Of a stretch of 64,000 bases of DNA, positions 37,866-47,067 are shown one piece after another. The notes beneath the pieces were generated by a model, which saw only the letters and a list, made by a program, of their open reading frames with translations, was not told where the DNA came from and did no database searches. This stretch comes from a virus. Each line of letters opens with the position of its first letter. Position 1 is the stretch's first letter. The position numbers and the translations under genes were made by a program. The stretch spans positions 1 to 64,000 of the IMG/VR virus record IMGVR_UViG_3300019142_000010, one strand, 5' to 3'.

Positions 37866-40800
37866 CTAATTCAGCGAGGTACTGAGCAGCGCGGGCGACG
37901 AGGCGGCGGCGGCGGGGATGAACGAGGACACGTCCGCGCCCGCGCCCGGCTGTTCAATCTTGTCGATGACGACGATGCGCGCCGCCCAACTCGTCGCGCG
38001 GTCGGAATTCTCGAACGCCCCTTCCGGCAGTTCGAACGACTCGCCGCCGACGTGTTCGAGCCACGCGCGGAACTCCTGCGCGCGGCCGTCGCCGCGGTAA
38101 AAGACTCCCTCACTCATGAGAGTCGTGATGCGCCCGCCCCACTTGCACCACTCCCACATCCGGCGCACGTGCGTGATGTCCGTTCCCAGCCCGTCGCAGC
38201 CGAAGGGCGGATTAGCGATGACGCGATCAAAGCCCGTCTCCGGGACAGGGAGGCGCAGGAAATCGTCATGGATGGGGCGGTAGCCCTGCGCTTCGAGGGC
38301 GCGGACGAGCAGACCGGCAATCTCGATGAGCGTCAACTCCGAGTTCGGGTAACGGTCGCGCACGATGTTGGCGATATGCGCGCCGCCGGCTTCCGGCTCA
38401 AGGATCGTCATGCCGTCTTCGATGGCCGCGTGTTCGAGCATGAGTTCCACCACGTCGGGCGGGGTAGGGAAGTAATCGGGTGGGAATTGACCCGGATACA
38501 TCTCGCGCATGACGCGCTCGGCTCTGGTCATCTCCGCGACCGCGACCCTGCGCCCCAAGTGTTCGCGCAGCGCGGCGCGCAGTTCCGGCAGCGAATCGAT
38601 ATTCATGAGACGCAGCCGCTTGAAGTGGCCGAGGGCTTCTCGGATGCGGTCGAGCGTCCAGCGCGACGTGCGGTGCAGGCGCGCGCGCCGGTAGAAATGG
38701 CGCAGCAGGTCGGCGCGCTCGTCGCCGATAAATCGAATCTCATCGGAGACGTGTTCGCGGCAGAGTTTGAGGATGCGCGACGAGACGAGCTTCGAGCCGT
38801 CGCGGTCGCCTATCTCGCGGGCGATTTCCGCGAGGGTGTGTTTGCCGACGGACGGCCAGGGATACGCGACTTTGGCAACGTCCCCGCCGGCGCGCGCCAG
38901 TATCTCGTCGAGAGCTTCGGCGTGGGTGCGCCAGCGGATGCGGTCGGTGTGGCGCGTGAGGCGCGCTTGCAGGTCCCGCGCGTAGTTCCTGAGCGTGTCG
39001 GCCATCGCCAACTGCTCGCGCGCCGTGTCGTCGGCGCGCTCGGCCTGCATGATGCGCCGCTCGGTGTTGAGCCGTCGCGGCGAGTTGAGCGCATCGGTCG
39101 CTCTGTCTTCCATCCGGTCGGCCAGCACGCCGAAATGCCCGATAGCGTTCTGACGGACGCGCTCGCGGTTGGCGAGCAATTTTTCAAGGCGCGAGATTTC
39201 AAACACGTCGCGGCTCTGTAGCTGAACGAACTTCTCGGCCTGCGCCTCGGAGAAGAAACGAAAGCCGCCCGGCGTGTTCGTCGGTTTCCACTCGCGCTGA
39301 TAGTTGCCGTCGAGCTTGCGCGCGGCGATGCACAATTCCTCGAACGTCGTGCGGTCTTCGCGCTCGGCCAGGACGACGACCCATATCTCACACTGGCGTT
39401 TGTCGTGATAGGACTTGACGATCTCCATGTAGTTGCCCTCGCCTATCTCGATGCGCCGGATGTTCGCCTTTTCAATCATCAGGCCAGCGCGCCGCTCGTG
39501 CGCGACGTCCGCGCGCAGTTCGTCAAAGCGAGCCAGTTCTTCCTCATTCAGCTCGCGCTCGCCGGCGACGCGGATCATCCGCTCGATTTCATAAGACTTG
39601 CCCCGGCCTTTCGGGATCATCGCCTTGTCTCGTTTGAGAGCGGCGATGCCGCGCTGCCGGATGCACGTCTCGAAGTCTTCGAGCGTTTGCGGGTTCGTGA
39701 CGGCGCGCTCGCGCTCGGCCTGCGCCGCTTCGTAGCGGGCGCGCGAGGCGGCTACTCCCTCGCGATGCGCGTCCAGATCGTCGTCGGTAAGTGCATTGAC
39801 GGTCTTCGTGATGAGTTCAAGCCGGTAGGCCTGATCGTTGAAATAACGCATCGAGACGCCGCCCGCGCGGAGCCGCCCGAAAGTGAAATCCTCGATCAAG
39901 TCCCAGACGATCCGCTCGACCAGTTCATCCTTGCGCTCGCCCCGGCTGCCGATACCGCCGATACATTCGAGACGTCCTTTCTTGAACTTGTTGAGTTCGT
40001 CGGTCAGTTGTGGCCGCGAGACGATCACGCGCCGGAACATGGCCACGTGCGCCGCGGCGTCCGTCTCAGGTTGGAGGATCGTCTCCGAGAAGTAGCGGCG
40101 CACCTCTTCGAGCGCGACGCCGGGCTGCTCGTCGGCCGTCGCGCCGTCGCCGTCCGTGATGGGCGGCGGCGGCGGGGTGTCATCAAAGTGGGGACAGGTG
40201 AGACTGTGATTCGGCGTGACGTAGCCGCATCGCTGACAGCGCCCGCCGGTCGGGACTGGCGCGGCCGTCTCTGCGCTTCCCGTGCCTTCAGGCTGCGCGT
40301 TCGCGCTCGCGTCGGCGTCCCCCGTGGCGTTACTCGCCGCGGCGGTGAAAGCTTCTGGCCAGACGGCCAGAACTTCCTCGCGCGTGACGTAGGAGAGCGC
40401 GCCGCGGCGCACGCTCCATCGAGAGCCGTCCGAGAGTTCGAGCGTGATGAAATCAACCTTGTGTTTCTGCTCCTGCCCGACGGCGCGGCCGATGCGCTCG
40501 AACATCTGGTGCGCGATGTCATTGATGCGCCAGTAACCGAATGCAAAGCGCGCTTCGAGTTCGGCCTGTTTCGCGCTCGTCGCGGCGCAGATTTGCGCCC
40601 GCTCGGCGGCGGTGAATCGTTCATCGGAGGGTGCGAAGTTCTCCACGACGAGCGGCAGCCGGAAGATGTCTTGATACTTGAACAGTTCGTCGGGGCGGGT
40701 GAAGGAAGCGACGGCGGCCACGTGCAACTGCGCGTCGGTGGCGAGCGTGTGCGTCGGGACGCTGGCGGCGCGCAGCCGGTCGCGGCGCGGATCGCGCGGT

Positions 40801-41597
40801 CTGAGGTTGAGGCGCGGGCGAGCCAGGACGTACGGCACGTTGCGCCATTCAACGAGCATCCCTTCATAGCCTACCTGTCGTTGCCAGGTCTTGTATTCAA
40901 ACGTCTCACCTGTGAAGTCCTCGCGCCGGACGAGGCGCATCGCGTCGCGCGACCCGGGCGCGTGGCCGCGGCCGATGTCAACGTAGAGTTCGCGCCCGAA
41001 CTGGAAGGGGCGGCGCACTCTACCAATCGTCACCTTGTCGGCGGAATAAGACTCGCGGATGTCGCCGCCCGTCTCCAGGCGCTCCGGGTCAACCTCGACC
41101 GTGAGGCGTTCGGCCGTCAAGTCTCCGAGCGCCTCGCGCTCCGGGCCGGATTGCGAGCCGTACACGACCGTTTCTTTCTTCGGCTGGCGGCGTCGCTCGT
41201 CGGCGGCGGCGTGACGTTGCAGGGCTGAGAGCGCGCCCTGATTGGCCGCCTCTGTGATGTTGGCCGCGGCCGCTCCGTTCATGACGAGTTCGACGGCCGC
41301 CGGGAGTTCCACGCCGGCGACGAGATGCCGGCAGATTTGCAGCCGTTCGCTGCACAATTCCAGATGCGCCGTGTGGTCGCGCTCGGCGTACTGGTCGCCT
41401 TCGGCGCGCGCCCGCTCGATGTGCCGTTCGTGCCCGGCGATGGATAATTGTAAATCTTCCTCGGTGCGCTTCCAGACGGCGGGCAGTTCAAAGCCCGCGA
41501 ACGCCGTCAGGCGCGGGCGCAGTTGAAAATAGTCACGATGCCCGTCGGCGCGGGCGCGAACGCGTTGGTCACGATATTTTTTTCCTGCTCTACGCAT
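37866..41597 (-). CDS. Large polyvalent-type protein with C-terminal N6-adenine DNA methyltransferase domain
   Basis: 1243 aa. The C-terminal ~220 aa carry motif I (ILEPEAGGAHI) and motif IV (NPPF). A central zinc ribbon is present (CQRCGYVTPNHSLTCPH). No Walker A was seen. The long helical N-terminal regions resemble the LPD-type modules of polyvalent proteins (from memory). Confidence 0.8.
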   Translation of the reverse strand: MRRAGKKYRDQRVRARADGHRDYFQLRPRLTAFAGFELPAVWKRTEEDLQLSIAGHERHIERARAEGDQYAERDHTAHLELCSERLQICRHLVAGVELPAAVELVMNGAAAANITEAANQGALSALQRHAAADERRRQPKKETVVYGSQSGPEREALGDLTAERLTVEVDPERLETGGDIRESYSADKVTIGRVRRPFQFGRELYVDIGRGHAPGSRDAMRLVRREDFTGETFEYKTWQRQVGYEGMLVEWRNVPYVLARPRLNLRPRDPRRDRLRAASVPTHTLATDAQLHVAAVASFTRPDELFKYQDIFRLPLVVENFAPSDERFTAAERAQICAATSAKQAELEARFAFGYWRINDIAHQMFERIGRAVGQEQKHKVDFITLELSDGSRWSVRRGALSYVTREEVLAVWPEAFTAAASNATGDADASANAQPEGTGSAETAAPVPTGGRCQRCGYVTPNHSLTCPHFDDTPPPPPITDGDGATADEQPGVALEEVRRYFSETILQPETDAAAHVAMFRRVIVSRPQLTDELNKFKKGRLECIGGIGSRGERKDELVERIVWDLIEDFTFGRLRAGGVSMRYFNDQAYRLELITKTVNALTDDDLDAHREGVAASRARYEAAQAERERAVTNPQTLEDFETCIRQRGIAALKRDKAMIPKGRGKSYEIERMIRVAGERELNEEELARFDELRADVAHERRAGLMIEKANIRRIEIGEGNYMEIVKSYHDKRQCEIWVVVLAEREDRTTFEELCIAARKLDGNYQREWKPTNTPGGFRFFSEAQAEKFVQLQSRDVFEISRLEKLLANRERVRQNAIGHFGVLADRMEDRATDALNSPRRLNTERRIMQAERADDTAREQLAMADTLRNYARDLQARLTRHTDRIRWRTHAEALDEILARAGGDVAKVAYPWPSVGKHTLAEIAREIGDRDGSKLVSSRILKLCREHVSDEIRFIGDERADLLRHFYRRARLHRTSRWTLDRIREALGHFKRLRLMNIDSLPELRAALREHLGRRVAVAEMTRAERVMREMYPGQFPPDYFPTPPDVVELMLEHAAIEDGMTILEPEAGGAHIANIVRDRYPNSELTLIEIAGLLVRALEAQGYRPIHDDFLRLPVPETGFDRVIANPPFGCDGLGTDITHVRRMWEWCKWGGRITTLMSEGVFYRGDGRAQEFRAWLEHVGGESFELPEGAFENSDRATSWAARIVVIDKIEQPGAGADVSSFIPAAAASSPALLSTSLN

Positions 41598-41709
41598 AAT
41601 CGGATGTCCCTTCGTTGGTGTCGGTTAGTGGCTTGTGGGGAAGCCGAAATGTTTGTTCTTACGGCGACCGTGCCGCCGGTGCGCTTTGGCGAGCGCGCGC
41701 CGGAGGGCT

Positions 41710-42252
41710 TTAATCGCCGCCGCCGTCAGTAGGTGCCGATTGCTTCGCAGGGTTGCTCCGCAGTGCCGGCAGAGATGAAACCGCAATTGACAGTCCCTCC
41801 TTTTCCAGAATGGTTTCGAGGATGGCGCGCTGGCGCGCTTCGAGCGTGACGAGCAGACGCCGCACGAGACGCGCCTGAAATCGCGCATAGGCGGCCTTGA
41901 TCTGTTCCGGGGTGTAGCTGGCCGGGGCGACCGCGCGCCCCTCACGCTCGGCGCACACCGGGCAGAGGCGGCGCGCTTCCTTGCGCTCCTTCAGGACGCG
42001 CTCGAACATGCGGTCGCCTTTCCACGTGCGCACCACGCTCCACGTGATCCCGGCCTGAGAGACGACGGCCATGAAGCGCGCGCCGGTGCCGTTTCGGTGA
42101 TGATGGAGTCGGCCGGTCAAGGTGTGCGGTGTGTGCGACCAGCCGAGGTAATGGAGCTTCCCGTAGTAGGGAAGGTCGAAGTGAATGAGATAGACGACGC
42201 CCGGATATTTCGAGCGTCGCCGTTTCTTTTGCTTTGGCTTGTTGGTGGCCAT
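41710..42252 (-). CDS. GIY-YIG-superfamily-like nuclease domain protein (candidate)
   Basis: VVYLIHF..HYLGWS..GRLHHHRNG..FERVLKE follows the GIY / YIG / R / E spacing. Confidence 0.45.
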   Translation of the reverse strand: MATNKPKQKKRRRSKYPGVVYLIHFDLPYYGKLHYLGWSHTPHTLTGRLHHHRNGTGARFMAVVSQAGITWSVVRTWKGDRMFERVLKERKEARRLCPVCAEREGRAVAPASYTPEQIKAAYARFQARLVRRLLVTLEARQRAILETILEKEGLSIAVSSLPALRSNPAKQSAPTDGGGD

Positions 42253-42264
42253 CGCGCTTGCCTC

Positions 42265-43143
42265 CTAACCTCTGAGGCAAGCTATTTCGAGAACCCACGC
42301 GGGCGACGGCGGGAGCAGCGCGCCGCGCGTGATGCGGTCAGCGATGAAGGGGTGGGCGAGCGGGGCGATCTGCGCGGCCAGCTTGAGCGCGTGATCGAGT
42401 TCGTGCGGGCGCAGCCCGATCTGCTCAAGACGGCGGCCGAGGTAGGAGAGCATCTTGACCGTGCCCGTCTCGTAGGTCGAGAGCGTGATGAGACGTGCGG
42501 CCAACTCGTCGCCGTAATCGGTGCGCGGGACGACGCGATAAACCGGCTCCGCGAAGAACGCGCCGTTGCCGCCGCACTGCTGGCAGCACATGATGGCGTC
42601 GTCCTCGCAGGCGTAGAAGGGCAGCGTCACGCCCTTGCCGCGACAGCGGGTGCAGGTGTGATGCTTGCGGTAGAAGTCGCTGATCGTCTTGCCCGGGTGC
42701 TGCTGCTTCCAGGCGAGGACGGTGGCGATTGACGGCGGCTCTGCGAAGTCGGAGAGACGGATGAAGCCGAACCGCTCGACCGCATACCGGCGCTCGCCGT
42801 CCAGCACCACGACGTCCGCCACCGAGAGCGAGCGATCCGTGTACCCGAACGGGTGATTGATGTTGAAGATTTGATAGACGCTCTCCAGCCGGGCGTGATC
42901 GTCGGCGTCGGCGTCGAATCTGATTTCACCTTCCCACGCGCGGCGCAGCTCGTCGGCGGCGTGATACTCGGTGAAGCGGTGGCCGTGCGTCTCGTTCAGA
43001 TAGATGGTGACGTTGACCATCGCCGTGACGGTGGGCGGGATGATGCGGAAGCTGCTCGCCTCGGAAAACTCTACTGCCCCCGTCGCCGCCGAGGGCGGGA
43101 TAGGGAACGACCTTGCGCTGTCGCGCTCAATTTCAAGTAGCAT
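42265..43143 (-). CDS. Hypothetical protein with zinc-finger cluster (first gene after P3)
   Basis: 292 aa with CTRCRGKG..CCQQCGG. GAAGGA lies 8 nt upstream of the ATG at 43143. An alternative start is at 43023. Confidence 0.5.
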   Translation of the reverse strand: MLLEIERDSARSFPIPPSAATGAVEFSEASSFRIIPPTVTAMVNVTIYLNETHGHRFTEYHAADELRRAWEGEIRFDADADDHARLESVYQIFNINHPFGYTDRSLSVADVVVLDGERRYAVERFGFIRLSDFAEPPSIATVLAWKQQHPGKTISDFYRKHHTCTRCRGKGVTLPFYACEDDAIMCCQQCGGNGAFFAEPVYRVVPRTDYGDELAARLITLSTYETGTVKMLSYLGRRLEQIGLRPHELDHALKLAAQIAPLAHPFIADRITRGALLPPSPAWVLEIACLRG

Positions 43144-43205
43144 GTCGGATGTCCTTCTTTCGTTGTGTTGTTGGTAGTTTGTGGGAACTACTTACTACGC
43201 GCCCG

Positions 43206-43233
43206 ACTATATCAAATTTTTATATACTGTCAA
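43206..43233 (-). promoter_or_regulatory. Early promoter P3
   Basis: The minus strand reads TTGACA-gtatataaaaatttga-TATAGT (16-nt spacer, extended -10 TG). Confidence 0.75.
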
Positions 43234-43250
43234 GCTTCAAGTGCATGCGC

Positions 43251-43289
43251 CCAAAAGAGAAACGCGCCGGGCTTTCGAGCCCGGCGCGT
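43251..43289 (-). terminator. Rho-independent terminator (minus strand) just upstream of P3
   Basis: An 11-bp stem acgcgccgggc / gcccggcgcgt with loop tttcga. On the minus strand it is followed by TTCTCTTTTGG. Confidence 0.75.
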
Positions 43290-43320
43290 CTGGGGTGAGG
43301 GAAGCGAGGTTGTTAATTCG

Positions 43321-43497
43321 TCAAGCGGCCTTCTGCTGGCGCTCGTCGAGCGAGTCGGCGCGGTGCGGATAGCCGCACTTCTGACAGAGGTTGCAGGTGC
43401 GGCAGTAATTCTCCGTCTGGCAGCGCGGACACTTGACCAGGCGGCGGCGGCACTGCGCGCAGCGCGCGATTAAGGTCAGACGGTGGACGCCGCTCAT
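43321..43497 (-). CDS. Small 4xCxxC zinc-ribbon protein (not in ORF track, 58 aa)
   Basis: My own translation gives MSGVHRLTLIARCAQCRRRLVKCPRCQTENYCRTCNLCQKCGYPHRADSLDERQQKAA. The start overlaps the upstream stop (ATGA at 43494-43497). Confidence 0.5.
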   Translation of the reverse strand: MSGVHRLTLIARCAQCRRRLVKCPRCQTENYCRTCNLCQKCGYPHRADSLDERQQKAA

Positions 43498-44249
43498 GAG
43501 GTTGCTCCCGCGACCGCGCGTTCCTCAGTCGGCAGATAGTCGGGCAGGTTCTTGCCGATGGTGCCCGTCGGCACGCGCTCGATGCGGACGAATGAGACGG
43601 GCGTGATCCGCTCCATCGCCCGGACGTACTGCTCGAAGACGGCGCGGTCGAACTTGAAGGCGGCGGGCAGGTTGACCTGCGCCCACGTGACGGCCTCCGC
43701 TTCGTTGTAGATGAGGCGCGTTTCCTCTCGCACCTTGAGCGTGTCGTTGACGGTCTTCGCGCCGGTGGTGCGAAAGTGCAGGACGGCGCGCGCGCGCACG
43801 ACATGATCGAGCGTGGCGGCCTGCTCCCTGGCGCGGCGGGCGCGCTCGTCGGCGGCTTGATAGTTGAGCGACGATTTGACCTCTTCCACGAGTCGGCGCT
43901 GCACCTCACTGTTCACTTCCGCGACGCGGCGCGCGACGGCGAGTTCGCGCAGCAGGTCGTCGGTCGAGCCGGTGCAGCGGTGGGCGTCCAGGATGAGGCG
44001 GCAATCGTCCTCGTCGTGTTTGTCCATCGCTACGATGACGCGCGCGGCGTCGGGAAAGGCGTTGACGCCTTCGTGCATATCGGTCGCCAGTTCGACCAGC
44101 GCGGCGGTGGCCAGCGGCTCGCGGTGCAGGCCGGTCGCGCCGCGCGGCCAGATCGTGCCGTCGGGATGAAGCTCGGCGTCATGAGGCTGGCGTTGTCCTG
44201 GCAGACCGATGAACAGCGCGAGATAGATGTGTGGTTTGATCTTGTTCAT
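43494..44249 (-). CDS. Hypothetical protein
   Basis: Only the C-terminal 251 aa of the 468-aa ORF (from MNKIKPHIY, ATG 44249) look protein-like. Confidence 0.5.
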   Translation of the reverse strand: MNKIKPHIYLALFIGLPGQRQPHDAELHPDGTIWPRGATGLHREPLATAALVELATDMHEGVNAFPDAARVIVAMDKHDEDDCRLILDAHRCTGSTDDLLRELAVARRVAEVNSEVQRRLVEEVKSSLNYQAADERARRAREQAATLDHVVRARAVLHFRTTGAKTVNDTLKVREETRLIYNEAEAVTWAQVNLPAAFKFDRAVFEQYVRAMERITPVSFVRIERVPTGTIGKNLPDYLPTEERAVAGATS

Positions 44250-44367
44250 GATCGTTCTCGATGTCCTTTGTGTTGTGGTTGGAAGTTGATTGTGGGGAAG
44301 GGGCGCGTGTGGGCGAGCCGCTTCCGTGGATACTATCAACGCCTGATAGTGTGAGACAAGGGCGCGC

Positions 44368-44832
44368 TCACCGTCTGAGGCGAGCGACAGCGGCCGTGTC
44401 CGGGTCGGGAAATCTCTGCCGGAGCGCGAGCAACAGCACGTCGCGCTCCGGCAGAGATTCATCGGCGCGCAACTGGTCGAGCGTGAGCGGCCGCATGGAT
44501 TTGAAATCGATCTTGCGCGGGTCTTCGATTGACAGAGGCCCGATTGTCCACTGGACGGGCTGGACGCGGAAGTTGCGCCTGCTGGCTCTGACGACCTCCA
44601 TCTTGCCGGGGTGTTTTTTCGACCAGCGGCACGCGAGGACGTCCTGAAATTCTGTGCGGTAAAACTGCACGCCTTTGAGCATGGGTGCTTCGTCATCCTT
44701 TCGTCGGAGTTTGAGGAAGTTGAGAGGGGGTGGCCGGGAGCCGTCGCCGCTTCCTTCCACCAGCGGCCAGCGCGTCCTGTCCTTGAACAACGGCGGCGCG
44801 GTGCCACGGCGACGGCTCCCGACATAAGGCAC
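44368..44832 (-). CDS. Hypothetical protein (alternative start 44682)
   Basis: 154 aa, and it fills the region wrongly covered by the 468-aa ORF extension. Confidence 0.4.
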   Translation of the reverse strand: MPYVGSRRRGTAPPLFKDRTRWPLVEGSGDGSRPPPLNFLKLRRKDDEAPMLKGVQFYRTEFQDVLACRWSKKHPGKMEVVRASRRNFRVQPVQWTIGPLSIEDPRKIDFKSMRPLTLDQLRADESLPERDVLLLALRQRFPDPDTAAVARLRR

Positions 44833-44867
44833 GCTGGAAGCGCGGGCGAGTGTATCCCGCGCGCGAT

Positions 44868-44895
44868 CCCGGTGTCTATAAAAATTTGATACTGC
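44868..44895 (+). promoter_or_regulatory. Inverted, degenerate copy of the early-promoter spacer/operator motif
   Basis: The + strand reads gtctataaaaatttga, identical in type to the P1-P4 spacers, but it is flanked by poor hexamers (cccggt / tactgc). Confidence 0.3.
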
Positions 44896-44896
44896 G

Positions 44897-45223
44897 TCAT
44901 GAGGCTTTGCGCTCGTCGGCCGGCGCGGCCTCGGACGGTTCGGCGTGGCGGTTGACGAGGGCGAGCGCGCGGGCGGCGTAGCGGCCGCAGGCGTCGAGCG
45001 CCTCCTCGCTGGCCGACTCGACGCCGGCCACTCCGCAGATGTCCCGGAGCAGTTTGCGGAGCTGCTCGGCGTCCTCGCGCGGGAGGGCGAGGACGGCCGG
45101 CGCGACGGTCAAGATTTGGGTTGCGGCGGCTCGGTCGGCCGTGCTATTTTCTTGTTCGCGTTTCATCTTGTCTTTCTCCCTTTCTCGGATGTCCTGTCGG
45201 TTGTGTTGGGGGGCGAACGGCAA
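44897..45223 (-). CDS. Hypothetical protein
   Basis: 108 aa. Confidence 0.4.
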   Translation of the reverse strand: MPFAPQHNRQDIREREKDKMKREQENSTADRAAATQILTVAPAVLALPREDAEQLRKLLRDICGVAGVESASEEALDACGRYAARALALVNRHAEPSEAAPADERKAS

Positions 45224-45286
45224 ACTGGAGCGTCTGACTACGAGGGCTGGCGATTGCTGTGGGGCTTTCGCCAGCCCGATTCGTTT

Positions 45287-45706
45287 TCAGCAGGTATAGC
45301 GACGCGGCCGAACGTGTCCGCCCGGCCTTCCAGCGCCCTCCAACGAGTTCAAAACAACGAGCCCGGCTTCCTCCCGCCAGAGATGGAAATTCAGCGCGCC
45401 CGGCACGTGATAGCAGGGCTGGCAGAACCGCCCGGCTTCGCACGGACAGGCGACCCACAAAAGACCGTTCATGGTGCGCGTGAAGATGGGGCAGTAGAAA
45501 CTGTGATCGGTGACGACGCCGTACTGAGAAAAGACCGAGACGGCGGAGCGACGGCGCAAAGTATCCTCGCGGTCGGAGAGCAGCCAGATGTGGAGCGACC
45601 GCGAGAGCGCCGCCTCTTGCGCGCGGGTGAAATCCTTCATCGCGTAGTCATAAAAGCGCGGCGCGTCATGTTCGAACTGGACGTAGGTGGACGTGGCTTG
45701 CTGCAT
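45287..45706 (-). CDS. Hypothetical protein
   Basis: 139 aa with a Cys cluster CPCEAGRFCQPC. Confidence 0.45.
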   Translation of the reverse strand: MQQATSTYVQFEHDAPRFYDYAMKDFTRAQEAALSRSLHIWLLSDREDTLRRRSAVSVFSQYGVVTDHSFYCPIFTRTMNGLLWVACPCEAGRFCQPCYHVPGALNFHLWREEAGLVVLNSLEGAGRPGGHVRPRRYTC

Positions 45707-45783
45707 CGGTTTCCTCTAGCGCGATGGCCGCGCGCCCTTTTCAGAGCGCGCGGCCTCGCCGCGTCGGGGTGATGGGGCGCGCA

Positions 45784-46740
45784 TTACTGGAACTGCGCGG
45801 GGTTCGTCTTGGCCGCGTCCTGGATGGCCGCGATGGGGTCGCCCTTGCCCGGCTTGGCGAGCTTGTGGTAGCGGATGTTGCGCCCCTTGCCGTCTTCGAG
45901 TCGGACGACCAGCCCCATGGCGGCCAGCCCGCGCGCGATGTTGCGGTCGGCGTTCGAGTTCAGATCGCCGCGCGTAACGGGCTGCTCGGGCGTCGCCGCG
46001 TTGAGGCGGTTGTAGATGGCGACGGCGGCCTGCGCGAGCTTGTCGGTGCGGCTCTGGCCGCCGGCATCGGCCGAGCGCGCGGCGCGGGCTGGCTGGCTGG
46101 ACTCGGGGGCAGCGTCAGCGGCGGCCGGGGCGGTGACGTTCGCCGCATCGCGCAACTGCGCGCTGGCCTCGCGCGTGTCCTGGACGGCTTTGGCGGCGGC
46201 GGTGCGGGTGGCGCGGGCGGCCTTGCCCTTCGTCGCCCCCTTCGTCGGAGCGGTGGCGGCGGCAAACTCAGGGTCGAGTTCAACGGTCGTTTCGTTCACC
46301 GGGGCGGCGGCGGCAGTCTCAAGCGTCTCTTTGCTCGCGCCCTTCTTCGTCGCGCCCTTCTTGCTGGCGGCTTTGGTCGTGGTGGTGGTGGCGGTGGTGG
46401 TGGTGGCGGCGGCTTTGGTCGTATTTTTCATGGTGTCGTTTTCCTCTCTCTGTGAATCAGGGTTAATGGTGGCCAATGCGATCAAGCGACGCATCGGATT
46501 AGTTTCGGTTTCGAGTCTGCGCCATTCGTCGATGCCGAGCAGCGAGCAGAGTTGATCGGAGGCGGCGCGCGTAGCTGAGCGAACCTGCGTGCGACGAGCG
46601 CACGCCTCACGATATTGTTCCCAATCGTTGTCGCTCGCCAGCGCGAGACATTCGCGGTCAACTCTCTGCAACTCGGTATTCAAAGAACGATAGCGCGTGA
46701 TGAGGGCGGCGGTCGCTGCGTTTGCTTCTGGTGCTGCCAT
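45784..46740 (-). CDS. Low-complexity Ala/Thr/Lys-rich DNA-binding-like protein (first gene after P4)
   Basis: 318 aa. An internal in-frame ATG at 46431 has a good SD (GAGGAAAA). The central part is a histone-H1-like AKT-rich tract and the C-terminus is wHTH-like (NIARGLAAMGLVVRLEDGKGRNIRYHKL). Confidence 0.5.
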   Translation of the reverse strand: MAAPEANAATAALITRYRSLNTELQRVDRECLALASDNDWEQYREACARRTQVRSATRAASDQLCSLLGIDEWRRLETETNPMRRLIALATINPDSQREENDTMKNTTKAAATTTTATTTTTKAASKKGATKKGASKETLETAAAAPVNETTVELDPEFAAATAPTKGATKGKAARATRTAAAKAVQDTREASAQLRDAANVTAPAAADAAPESSQPARAARSADAGGQSRTDKLAQAAVAIYNRLNAATPEQPVTRGDLNSNADRNIARGLAAMGLVVRLEDGKGRNIRYHKLAKPGKGDPIAAIQDAAKTNPAQFQ

Positions 46741-46794
46741 CGTCTCGTTCGTTCCTCTCTCTCGTCTGCCCGCGTCGTCTCGCGGTGTGACGGA

Positions 46795-46822
46795 ACTATA
46801 TCAAAGTTTTATATAGTGTCAA
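46795..46822 (-). promoter_or_regulatory. Early promoter P4
   Basis: The minus strand reads TTGACA-ctatataaaactttga-TATAGT (16-nt spacer, extended -10 TG). Confidence 0.75.
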
Positions 46823-47067
46823 TAGGGCAAGACGCAAAAAGGCGCGTCTTTACTGCGCGCGGGACTCCTAACGGCGGGCGGACAACACTTGCCGTCGCAA
46901 AAAATTTTTCACTTTTTTTTGTGGGATGTGGGAAAAATCAATCGCCGCCCCCGGAGCTCCCCAGAGGCGGCGTCGATTTGAGTATTTTCCATCGAAAACA
47001 CTCGGCCTGTAGCTGCGGATTGTACCATGAGCGGGGGCTGGTGACTAGGCAAAATGAAAAAAGTATG

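Noticed and set aside
37857-41228. Two large + strand ORFs (37857-39221 and 39405-41228), and the + strand ORF 35674-36660 opposite the ATPase.
   Set aside because: They are antisense to the 1243-aa methyltransferase-containing gene and the HerA-like gene, both of which carry unmistakable catalytic motifs. The antisense translations are low-complexity Arg/Asp/Ala-rich.
43494-44900. A 468-aa minus-strand ORF taken at face value.
   Set aside because: The N-terminal ~215 aa are Ser/Arg/Cys-rich junk overlapping a better ORF in another frame (44368-44832). I truncated the gene to the ATG at 44249. ORFs 43313-43909(-) and 41625-41945(-) were rejected as frame artefacts for the same reason.
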